Shown here: piece after piece, positions 1-8,101 of the stretch
How the letters are laid out: each line of letters begins with the position of its first letter
Numbering within the stretch: the first letter of the stretch is position 1
From: Cyanobacteria bacterium P01_D01_bin.156
Lineage (GTDB): Bacteria > Cyanobacteriota > Cyanobacteriia > Phormidesmidales > Phormidesmidaceae
DNA length: 31,240 nucleotides
Assembly: GCA_039024555.1 (NCBI GenBank)
Contig: JBCCQQ010000070.1
Span: 1 to 31,240, forward strand
Reading direction: 5' to 3'
Translations under genes and position numbers: made by a program
Notes under the pieces: model-generated
What the model saw: the letters and a program-made list of their open reading frames with translations, nothing else
Told to the model about the DNA's origin: nothing
Database searches by the model: none

Positions 1-369
1 CATTTTCATTGTGATTGAGAACGGCAATCTCCTGTCCACTCTGGCTATCCCACAACCGCGCCGTAGCGTCCAAACTGGCGGTGGCAACCGTGTGGCCATC
101 GGGGCTAAAACTCACCGCTCTGACATTTTCATTGTGATTGAGAACGGCAATCTCCTGCCCACTCTGGCTATCCCACAACCGCGCCGTAGCGTCCAAACTG
201 GCGGTGGCAACCGTGTGGCCATCGGGGCTAAAACTCACCGCATTGACATTTTCATTGTGATTGAGAACGGCAATCTCCTGTCCACTCTGGCTATCCCACA
301 ACCGCGCCGTAGCGTCCAAACTGGCGGTGGCAACCGTGTGGCCATCGGGGCTAAAACTCACCGCTCTGA
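1..369. repeat. Three tandem 123-bp repeats encoding 41-aa WD40 units
   Basis: Units start at 1, 124 and 247. Units 1 and 3 are identical; unit 2 differs at 3 nt (158, 242, 243). Minus-strand peptide V[R/N]AVSFSPDGHTVATASLDATARLWDSQSGQEIAVLNHNEN. Confidence 0.95.
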
Positions 370-2191
370 CCTCTGCATCGTGACTGAGTCGCGCAATTTC
401 GGGAGCCATTAAGGTGTAATTGCGCAGTGCGCTGTCTGCTTCCCCTCGGCTAATGTTGTTTTTGGCAGTACCTGCTTGTATCAGCCGTTGACTAGATTCA
501 ATCGCAAGCAAAATGCTAGTGGGTAACAAGTTACCACGTAAACCCCGGGTGATCTCTGATTGAGCTGCAAGCTGACGACCCAAAGCAATTTTCGATTGTT
601 CTTCTGCAACTTGTGTGGCTGCTTCTGCTTGCAAACGCCGCTCCTCTGCATTCTGTCGAGCGCTTGTTTCCGCTTCCCGTGCGACTGTCTCTGCCTGCTC
701 TGCCTGCTCTGCCTCTAGCTGCCGTTGTTCTGCCAACAGTCGTTGTTCCGCTTCAATAGCTTTTGCCTCCTCAGCCTGTTGGCGCGCTACTTCTGCTTCA
801 TCGCGCTCTTTTTCTGCTAACCCTTCTGCTGCTAAGGCTCTTATTGCCGCTCGTTTTGCATTATCAGCTGCCGTTGTTGCAATATCTCTTTGTCTTTTAA
901 TTTCTTCATTCTGTGCTTCTAGATCTACTAGATAGCTTTCAGCCCTATCTGACTCGGACTGAGCCCTAGCTCGTTCTACTAAAGCCCAAGTTGCCAACCC
1001 AGACAGTCCCCCCATCACCAACAAACTAGCCGCAATCGTCCCTTGCAACTGCCGTATCCGCTTCCGCCAGTTCACCGGCAAGTTATCCCTCACCCAAGCC
1101 CCATCAAACACCCGCGCATAAATCCCATTGCGCACCCGCAGGGTCTTATCCACTTCTCGCTTTACCACCCCCGACAGTTTCAAATGAGACTTTATCAACG
1201 ACTGCTCATCATCCACCACCGGCTGCCGCCCAGCCCACACATCCCGATACGTGGTCAACACGTCATAAATCTCATGGTCACTCTCCGTCAACATCCCCCG
1301 CACAAACTGCAGGTTGTTGTCCCGCTCCGCCATCAACCCAAAAAACGTAGCAGCCACCGCATCATCCACTGCCCGCTTTGTCCAGCCCCTTACTTGGCCT
1401 TCCCCTTCACTACTCTCCGCCAAAGCCCGACATAGCTGCTGCGTTAAATAAGGATGTCCCCCCGTCCATCCCATCACCCACTCCATCACCTTCTCCGCCT
1501 CCAGCTGAGGCAATCCCAGTCCTGCTGCCAACGGCCCCACTTCTGCTAGTGTAAAGTCCGTCAGGTCCACCCGCTGCCCCACATTAAACGGCGTCCGCTG
1601 CCGGTCTTGGATCAGATTTCCTGGTGTTGCCACCCCAATCAACACAAACGACAGCCGCTTAAATACAGGCTTCACCGCCCGCGACACCGCAAAGTACCGA
1701 ATCGCCACAAAAAAGTCGTCGGTAAAGTCGATACCCAAGGTGGTGTCAATCTCATCCACAAAAATAACAATCGGGGCCGTCACCTCCGCTAGCAGCACCT
1801 GCTCCATAAATAGCGAAAACCGCTTCGATGGCCCTAGATCCCGATTCTCCTGCCACCACTTCCGCACCTGGGTATCCAGCTCAATATCCTGCTCGTCCAG
1901 CGCTTCCTCTAGCGACACCAAAAAATTCAGATACCACTGGTCCACCGACACCAGCTTCCCTGAAACCTGCAGGTCAACAATCACCGACACAATGCCATCA
2001 TCCGCCAGCCGCTCCGCCGTCCGCACCATCAGGCTACTTTTACCCATCTGCCGCGCCGTCAGCACATAAGCAAACGTCCCCTCTTTGCACAGCGCCAACA
2101 GCTCACCATCTGCCTTGCGCAGCACATACACCCCACTCCCCGCCTGCACAGGCCCACCAACCGTATAAAACCCAGGATTCGGCGTACTCAT
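1..2191 (-). CDS. AAA-like (AAA_35/STAND-type) ATPase + TM helix + coiled coil + WD40 repeat protein, 3' truncated by the window edge
   Basis: Translated by hand from ATG at 2191 (MSTPNPGFYTVGGPVQAGSGVYV...), open for 730 codons to the window edge. Walker A TARQMGKSS, Walker B IVIFVDEID, TPFNVGQ, WTGGHPYLTQ, hydrophobic GTIAASLLVMGGLSGLATWALV, an Ala/Glu/Arg-rich coil, then WD40 repeats. Absent from the ORF track because its stop lies outside the window. Confidence 0.92.
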   Translation of the reverse strand, partial: MSTPNPGFYTVGGPVQAGSGVYVLRKADGELLALCKEGTFAYVLTARQMGKSSLMVRTAERLADDGIVSVIVDLQVSGKLVSVDQWYLNFLVSLEEALDEQDIELDTQVRKWWQENRDLGPSKRFSLFMEQVLLAEVTAPIVIFVDEIDTTLGIDFTDDFFVAIRYFAVSRAVKPVFKRLSFVLIGVATPGNLIQDRQRTPFNVGQRVDLTDFTLAEVGPLAAGLGLPQLEAEKVMEWVMGWTGGHPYLTQQLCRALAESSEGEGQVRGWTKRAVDDAVAATFFGLMAERDNNLQFVRGMLTESDHEIYDVLTTYRDVWAGRQPVVDDEQSLIKSHLKLSGVVKREVDKTLRVRNGIYARVFDGAWVRDNLPVNWRKRIRQLQGTIAASLLVMGGLSGLATWALVERARAQSESDRAESYLVDLEAQNEEIKRQRDIATTAADNAKRAAIRALAAEGLAEKERDEAEVARQQAEEAKAIEAEQRLLAEQRQLEAEQAEQAETVAREAETSARQNAEERRLQAEAATQVAEEQSKIALGRQLAAQSEITRGLRGNLLPTSILLAIESSQRLIQAGTAKNNISRGEADSALRNYTLMAPEIARLSHDAEVRAVSFSPDGHTVATASLDATARLWDSQSGQEIAVLNHNENVNAVSFSPDGHTVATASLDATARLWDSQSGQEIAVLNHNENVRAVSFSPDGHTVATASLDATARLWDSQSGQEIAVLNHNEN

Positions 2192-2299
2192 AGGACTACT
2201 AAGAGAGAACTGTTAATACGTGTGGACATTGAAAACTCATCTGAGAAAGACATAATTCACATAAGGAGGCTCGTGCTAAACAACAAGGCGATAACCTGA

Positions 2300-4741
2300 T
2301 TAATCGACCCCGCCGTATCCCCTTTTTAATGCCATTGAGAATAACCTAGTAGGCTGGGTCCTAGGGCGGCCTCCCGGCCCTAGCCATGGGGGTTTGGGGA
2401 ACTCGGAGGGACCCCAAGCAACCGGTTTTGATTCCTTCCGATCATCTCTCGATTCAGTATGAACGAAGTCATAAGCCTCACAAAAAATCTCTGGTGAAAA
2501 CGAAACAACCTTGCCTTCTAAAGGGAAGAACTGAGCTATCCCAAAATCTCCCCCCATACTCCCCCCATACAAATGCTTCCGAAAATACTCCGCATACAGC
2601 TCGCACCGCGCCACCGCGCCAGTCTCCGTCTTCCGCACCAGCCCAGCACCCTCCAGCCGCCACACCAGCTTCTCATCCCCACAAGACTGACTCCGCAAAA
2701 TCTCCATCAGCCCTCGGGTCAAATCCACCTGCCCCTTCAACCGAAACAAATGCCGTCGCAAATGCCCACCAAATGGTCCCTGGGCCGCACTCGCCGTCTT
2801 AAAAAAGGTCTTCGCCGTATACTCCTTCGTCGCAATCAGGTACAACGCCCGCCGCACCAAATACGGATGCCCCGCTAACAGTCGCATCAGCTCTTTCAAC
2901 TCACCTACACCAAACGGATTTCCATGGCGTTCGTTTAGCTCCGCCACCTGCGCTGCCGAAAAGTCCTGTAGCCGCAGCGTTTGTCCCACATTAAACGGCG
3001 ACTGGTTCAAATCAGCAATCAGCTGATACGGTTCTGTGGAAATCACTAACACCTGGCTAAACTGTCGCCATACTTTGCTCATGGCTCGCTTGTTATGCCA
3101 GCTGCGCAACATGCCAAAAAAGTCTGACCGAAATGGGGTATCCAGTACCCGATCCACTTCGTCCATAGCCAGCACCAAGGGCTCATCGATTTCCTTAAGC
3201 ACATAGCGCTTCATGTAACTGGTGCAAATTTTAGGTAGGGGCAAATCCTCATCCCAATAGTCATCAAGGCGGTTGGGTAGGTCCAGCTCATCCGCTAAGA
3301 ACCGACAAAACTGTCGGAAAAAGCGCTGCCGATTTTCCAATGCAGGCTGGTCAAATAACTGAAAATCCAGAAACACCACCTGCCGATCTTGATCCACTGC
3401 GCTGGCAATCATACGATTTAGCAATGAGCTTTTGCCCATCTGCCGCGCCCCTTTGATGATCACCGTGCCTTCCTGGGCATCAATGGCGGTTTGTCCCCGC
3501 CGGTCCTCGGCCCGCTCAATGTAAAACTTGGATTCCAGAGCCATGGTCCCCTGATCCGGCGACTCCAGGGAAACGGGCTGGGCTGAAGATGCTGGGTTGG
3601 GAATTTCATCTTCTGTCTGATGGTCCAACAGGTCCTTTTTGGCATCATCGGCAATGGGCAACGGCACACCCTCTATAGCCTTGATCAGTTCTGCGATCAG
3701 ATCGCCTGTGTCGTCATCATCTTCCCAAAAGGCCCAGTTCAGCGGGTCCAAATACTGGTTTAACGGATACTGAAATGGTTTTCGATAGGTCAGCCGCACG
3801 GGCAAAATGCGGGGTTTTCCGTTAGCGCTAGCAAATCGATGGGCCAGCTCCACCTCATGCTCCACCATTTCGCTATGCACGGAATGCTCCGACAGCAGCA
3901 CGATCAGCACATCGGATTGCTTTAGTTCAGCATTAATGTGCTCAGCCCATGGGGTACCCACCGGCATTTGCTGGTCAATAAAGACTTCATGGTTTGTCTG
4001 TAATGCTTCAAAGAGCTGCTTAGCAACGGGCTCATCCGGCGTCATATCCCGTTTATAGCTAATAAAAATCCGTGACTTTGTGGCAGTTTCTTTCTCAGGG
4101 ATTGCCTCGCTAGGCGTCTCCGCCTCACTTTTACGCTTGAGCACCGGAATATGATCCTCTGGAATCCTTTGCAGCTCCAGCGAATTCCGCCCCAGCTTGT
4201 AGGCAAACTCCACATCTTTACCTGCCCCCAGCCCTCGGTAAAATCCCTCCGCAAACCGAATCGCGGCGGTATCCCCAATGGGTTGGTTCATGCCAATGAC
4301 AGCATCAATGTGCTCCACAATGGCTTCCGCCTGCACCTCGGAATAGCAGGCATTCAGCACCACACACTTCACCTGACCAGCAAATAACTCAAATAAATTT
4401 GCTAGAGCCTGAGAGTCCACAAACTTCCCCATGCCCTGGTCATCTTCAAACACCAGTCCTTGATCGCCTTCCCCATGGCCACAAAAGTGCACAATCTGTG
4501 GATTGTAGTCCAGCAGCGCTTGCTGAATATCGCTGGGACGAGTCGCAGTCTGGGGCTTTAGCTCAAACAGATCCCGCTTCTTCGCCCGCTGTAGTACAGA
4601 TTCAATCTCACGCACCTCTTCCTCCAGACGCAGTCTGGAAGAGTCCAATGGATTTGCAGCTAAATTAGAATCCTTTGCACCGGGGGCATGGGCAAATTGG
4701 CTGGAAGAATGCGTCTTGAATATACTCCACGCTTTCAGCAA
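2300..4741 (-). CDS. CHAT (caspase-like protease) - TIR - AAA_35 ATPase protein; probable native start at 4689 is out of frame (frameshift or sequencing error)
   Basis: CHAT motifs AANP, IVHFCGHG, VVLNACYS; TIR motifs RIFISYKR, VFID, SEMVEHEVELA; Walker A GARQMGKSS, Walker B LAMDEVD, SPFNVGQ, AGHPYL. Confidence 0.88.
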   Translation of the reverse strand: MLKAWSIFKTHSSSQFAHAPGAKDSNLAANPLDSSRLRLEEEVREIESVLQRAKKRDLFELKPQTATRPSDIQQALLDYNPQIVHFCGHGEGDQGLVFEDDQGMGKFVDSQALANLFELFAGQVKCVVLNACYSEVQAEAIVEHIDAVIGMNQPIGDTAAIRFAEGFYRGLGAGKDVEFAYKLGRNSLELQRIPEDHIPVLKRKSEAETPSEAIPEKETATKSRIFISYKRDMTPDEPVAKQLFEALQTNHEVFIDQQMPVGTPWAEHINAELKQSDVLIVLLSEHSVHSEMVEHEVELAHRFASANGKPRILPVRLTYRKPFQYPLNQYLDPLNWAFWEDDDDTGDLIAELIKAIEGVPLPIADDAKKDLLDHQTEDEIPNPASSAQPVSLESPDQGTMALESKFYIERAEDRRGQTAIDAQEGTVIIKGARQMGKSSLLNRMIASAVDQDRQVVFLDFQLFDQPALENRQRFFRQFCRFLADELDLPNRLDDYWDEDLPLPKICTSYMKRYVLKEIDEPLVLAMDEVDRVLDTPFRSDFFGMLRSWHNKRAMSKVWRQFSQVLVISTEPYQLIADLNQSPFNVGQTLRLQDFSAAQVAELNERHGNPFGVGELKELMRLLAGHPYLVRRALYLIATKEYTAKTFFKTASAAQGPFGGHLRRHLFRLKGQVDLTRGLMEILRSQSCGDEKLVWRLEGAGLVRKTETGAVARCELYAEYFRKHLYGGSMGGDFGIAQFFPLEGKVVSFSPEIFCEAYDFVHTESRDDRKESKPVAWGPSEFPKPPWLGPGGRPRTQPTRLFSMALKRGYGGVD
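2361..2428. repeat. Short GC-rich double-hairpin interspersed element
   Basis: CTAGGGC...GCCCTAG (2361-2383) and TTGGGG...CCCCAA (2394-2417) stems; the second shares the CCCCAA/TTGGGG motif with the element at 7909. Confidence 0.4.
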
Positions 4742-4857
4742 TAAATATTATTTGTTAGAGTTTCGTTAGATTAATCAGCACGTTTAGGAGCTGTAATATC
4801 TTGGACGTAGAAGTTGTCTCGATTACGTCAAAATAGTAATGATTTAGAAGCAAAATT

Positions 4858-5412
4858 ATGGTTGCACTTCCAGCCGGGTTTAGCCCTCAAGAATACTTGG
4901 CTCTAGAGTACGAAAACACAATTCGTCACGAATATCGCCAGGGCTTAGTCTATGCCATGGCAGGCGGCAGCGATGACCATAGCCGTATTGCCATTAACTT
5001 TCTTACTGCTCTAAACCTGCACCTGCGCGATGGCACTTGCCAGTTCTTCTCCGGTGATGTCAAAGTCAACTACGCCGACGACTTTTTCTATTACCCAGAT
5101 GCCTTTGTCATCTGCAATCCAAACGACCGAAAAGATCGCTACGTAAAACGCTATCCTAAATTAATCACCGAAGTCTTATCTCCTGCCACCAAAGACTTTG
5201 ATAGAAGCGATAAATTTAAAGACTATGCCCTGCTATCTTCCTTAGAAGAATATGTCTTGATTGAACAAGATACCCAACAAGTGGAATGCCGTCATTGTAT
5301 AGGTGCCCAGTGGGAAACCATCATTTATTCCATTGACGAACAAGTCACCTTCAAAAGCATTAACTTGACACTACCTATCGAAGAACTCTATCGCGGTACC
5401 AGCATTGTTTAG
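4858..5412 (+). CDS. Uma2 family (DUF820) putative restriction-like endonuclease
   Basis: EY..G.VYAMAGGS..H..I, YYPDAFVIC, PKLITEVLSPAT...DRSDKFKDY...SLEEYVLIEQD. Confidence 0.92.
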   Translation: MVALPAGFSPQEYLALEYENTIRHEYRQGLVYAMAGGSDDHSRIAINFLTALNLHLRDGTCQFFSGDVKVNYADDFFYYPDAFVICNPNDRKDRYVKRYPKLITEVLSPATKDFDRSDKFKDYALLSSLEEYVLIEQDTQQVECRHCIGAQWETIIYSIDEQVTFKSINLTLPIEELYRGTSIV

Positions 5413-5602
5413 AAAATCTCTTATCTCAAGGTGTTGCTCCCCTTCTTAATCAAGATGCCAAAATCTTGTGTATGGGTGATCGGATGGCCACGCCACATTG
5501 TGCGCTGATAGCCAAGACTTTTATGAGATCAATTCAGCCATAAGGATGCCCAATAGCCAATGCTATACTAGAGAAAGCGGCTGTCCAGATCCGTTTGAGG
5601 CT

Positions 5603-6196
5603 ATGACTATCACTCTCAGGCCATCCCCTATTCAAGTAGAAATCAATAACGGAGATGTTTGCACCCTACAGCAGCATCGAACTTGGGCACAGTTTAAGCA
5701 CTTACAAAAAGGGTTTGAAAACAGCTCTGGGGTCAGACTGTTTTATTACAATGGCACTATTGAAATTCTGTTGCCAGGGGAGGCACACGAGCTATTCAAA
5801 AGCTTAATTGGTTTTTTAATCGAACTATTTCTATTTCATCGAGAAATTGAGTTTAAACCAACCGGCTCAATGACCCAGGAAAAGACCGGTGTAGCTTCTG
5901 CCGAAGCGGATGAATCCTACGAAATCCAAGGTTTTAAGCTGGCTGTTGAAGTCAACTTTACCAGTGGTGATACATCCAAGCTTCTACGCTACAAGGCTTT
6001 GGATGTGAATAAGGTATGGATATGGGAGGATGGCATTCTCAGTGCTTACCATTTGCAAGCGGGTAACTATCAAAAAGTGACAGCTAGTCTGATTCCTGCT
6101 TTATCACTACTGGATTTAGAAATATTGTCAGAGTGTATTCTGTTGGGAGAAACCTCCAGACTTGAAGCTGGAAAGAAATTACTAGGTACGCTGTAG
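5603..6196 (+). CDS. Uma2 family putative endonuclease
   Basis: TW.QF, RLFYYNGTIEIL.PG..HE, TGSMT, EADESY, LAVEVNFTSG, VWIWEDG. In-frame ATG at 5603 preferred over the TTG at 5498. Confidence 0.85.
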   Translation: MTITLRPSPIQVEINNGDVCTLQQHRTWAQFKHLQKGFENSSGVRLFYYNGTIEILLPGEAHELFKSLIGFLIELFLFHREIEFKPTGSMTQEKTGVASAEADESYEIQGFKLAVEVNFTSGDTSKLLRYKALDVNKVWIWEDGILSAYHLQAGNYQKVTASLIPALSLLDLEILSECILLGETSRLEAGKKLLGTL

Positions 6197-6264
6197 GCGT
6201 TTTAACGTGCTCCTTTCAGGTTGAACTTGGCATACTTGGGATTCTTTGCCAGGGTGCTTACTTG

Positions 6265-6597
6265 CTATTCTGGGAAAACAACAACGCCTTTTTGTTCCAG
6301 CTGATATTCCGCCGCAAACCAGTTATTACTCAGGACCACATTTAAATTATTAACCTGGTGATCAATCCAGTAAAACCCATTGGGAAGCCGCCCATCATAT
6401 TTTTCCAGCCACTCATCCCAAAACGACTTTTCAGTAAAGCCCTTTTGAGACTCCATTATTTTTATCCGTTGGCTGTTGGTCAGACTTTTTCGTTGCCCCT
6501 CCAACACCTGCCACAGGTGGATGCTGCTAGGGACCCTCACATGCTGAAGCTCTTCAACTTTGACAAATTCATGGGTGACAAATTCAGGCATTTTCAT
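6265..6597 (-). CDS. Hypothetical protein (110 aa)
   Basis: ATG-started ORF with protein-like composition filling the gap between the Uma2 and SDR genes; no family recognised. Confidence 0.55.
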   Translation of the reverse strand: MKMPEFVTHEFVKVEELQHVRVPSSIHLWQVLEGQRKSLTNSQRIKIMESQKGFTEKSFWDEWLEKYDGRLPNGFYWIDHQVNNLNVVLSNNWFAAEYQLEQKGVVVFPE

Positions 6598-6945
6598 AAT
6601 TCAGAAAACAATATTAGTGATTTTGGAAAACTCTTCAGCGCAACATTACCCACTGAAGTATTTAAACTCCGTGAATGATTGTTTAAGGGGTCTTTGACGG
6701 TTTTGAAGAGTATAAAATGAGCTTCTTAGGAAGAAGTCATGCATAGCCTGTCGCTATTGGTTTAACACACCTACTAAGAACGAGATCTTCTAGTATCTTT
6801 TCTTAAATAACCGCAATAATGCTTAACACAATTATGGCAAGCTGCTGTCACATATGCCCTTAGCCCAACGGCCAAAAAACGAGTAATCACAATCCAGATA
6901 GTATTCAAACCATAGTTATTGGCTTCGGATTATTTTTCGTTCATC

Positions 6946-7863
6946 TCAAATCGGAAACGTACATTCCGTCAACGTTTCCGATACCTCCCACAATTGCCCT
7001 GCCGCGTCTAAATCCTCCACAGTCCTAGCCTTTCCCACCCGTCCAGGCTTTCCCTTTAGCTCCAACACCCCCTGCGGCCCAAAATAGTCTCCCCCTTGCA
7101 CATCAGCCCTCAATGCCGCCATCACCGTCGGCAGCGCCGCCTGCTCTACCCCATGCATAAAAAACGGGGCCACCGTTACCCGCAAAAACATCAGCTGATA
7201 CATCGGCATGTACCGCGCCAACTCCGTTGGCGACATGCCCGGATGGGCACTCACCGACAAAATCTTCTTACCTGCCTTTGCCAATCGCCGCTGCAGCTCA
7301 TCGCCAAACATCAAACAGGCCAGCTTACTCTGGGCATAGGCCCCAAATTTCGAGTAGTGTTTCTCTGATTGCAAATCCTCAAAGTTAATCCCCTGCGCTG
7401 CTCGATGGGCACCGCTACTCAACGACACCACCCTAGACTCTGCTCGATCCGGCATCCACTCCAATAACAACGCCGTCAACAGAAAATGACCAAAGTAATT
7501 CACCCCCATCTGGCTTTCAAAGCCATCCACCGTTTTGGCATAGGGCGGAAACATAATGCCCGCATTGTTAACTAGCAAATCCAATCGGTCATATTTCTCG
7601 CAAAAGACTTTCGCAAACTCGCGAACAGAGGATAGATCCGTCAGGTCAATGGGCAAAAAAGCTAAATCAGCTCCCGGTACCTCAGCTTCGATATCTGCCT
7701 TAGCCTTCTCAGCTTTTGCCCGATTCCGACAGGCCATCACGACCGTCATCTCTTTTCTAGCGAAATTGAGCGCTGTTTCATAACCCAGTCCCGTATTAGC
7801 TCCGGTAACGATGGCGATTCGCCCTTGCTGGGAAGGAATAGAGTCTAGATTAAAATCTGTCAT
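6946..7863 (-). CDS. Short-chain dehydrogenase/reductase (retinol dehydrogenase-like)
   Basis: TGANTGLG, NNAG, YAQSK (YxxxK), AHPG. Confidence 0.95.
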   Translation of the reverse strand: MTDFNLDSIPSQQGRIAIVTGANTGLGYETALNFARKEMTVVMACRNRAKAEKAKADIEAEVPGADLAFLPIDLTDLSSVREFAKVFCEKYDRLDLLVNNAGIMFPPYAKTVDGFESQMGVNYFGHFLLTALLLEWMPDRAESRVVSLSSGAHRAAQGINFEDLQSEKHYSKFGAYAQSKLACLMFGDELQRRLAKAGKKILSVSAHPGMSPTELARYMPMYQLMFLRVTVAPFFMHGVEQAALPTVMAALRADVQGGDYFGPQGVLELKGKPGRVGKARTVEDLDAAGQLWEVSETLTECTFPI

Positions 7864-7908
7864 TTTTGATTTAGATAGGTAATCTCAATGGGCTAATAGA
7901 TATCGAGA

Positions 7909-7975
7909 CCCCCTTCCGTCCCCCAATCCTGGGGGAGACTAAACTCAAAGCCCCCAAAATTGGGGGGGTGGGGGC
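7909..7975. repeat. Cyanobacterial short dispersed palindromic repeat (nested hairpins)
   Basis: TCCCCCA...TGGGGGA (7919-7936) and CCCCCAA.A.TTGGGGG (7951-7966) enclosed by CCCCC (7909) and GGGGG (7970-7974). Confidence 0.6.
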
Positions 7976-8101
7976 AAAGTCTAAGATATTAAATCGATCT
8001 GACTCATGGAACGTCAGGCAAGTAATCCACAGCACTCACAGCTATTTTTCCTTACATTAAGGGAAAAAGGACCGTGTTTTTTTACAAGTTAGCTATCTCC
8101 T

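Noticed and set aside
1..369. Repeats as a CRISPR array or DGR template/variable repeat
   Set aside because: Contiguous in-frame coding units with no spacers; no cas or reverse transcriptase gene in the window.
11..412. Plus-strand 133-aa repeat ORF
   Set aside because: Antisense shadow of the minus-strand WD40 repeats.
615..2193. Plus-strand ORFs 615-935, 1043-1435, 1607-1792, 1740-2069, 1828-2193
   Set aside because: All lie antisense to the uninterrupted ATPase-WD40 gene and have biased, shadow-like composition.
4690..4741. TTG start and MLKAWSIF... N-terminus of the 813-aa ORF
   Set aside because: Better explained by ATG 4689 plus a 1-nt frameshift that restores RILILAANP.
5498..5602. 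N-terminal extension of the second Uma2 ORF
   Set aside because: TTG start with no family-like sequence; ATG 5603 gives a typical length.
6358..6678. Plus-strand 106-aa ORF
   Set aside because: Overlaps the more protein-like, ATG-started minus-strand ORF 6265-6597.
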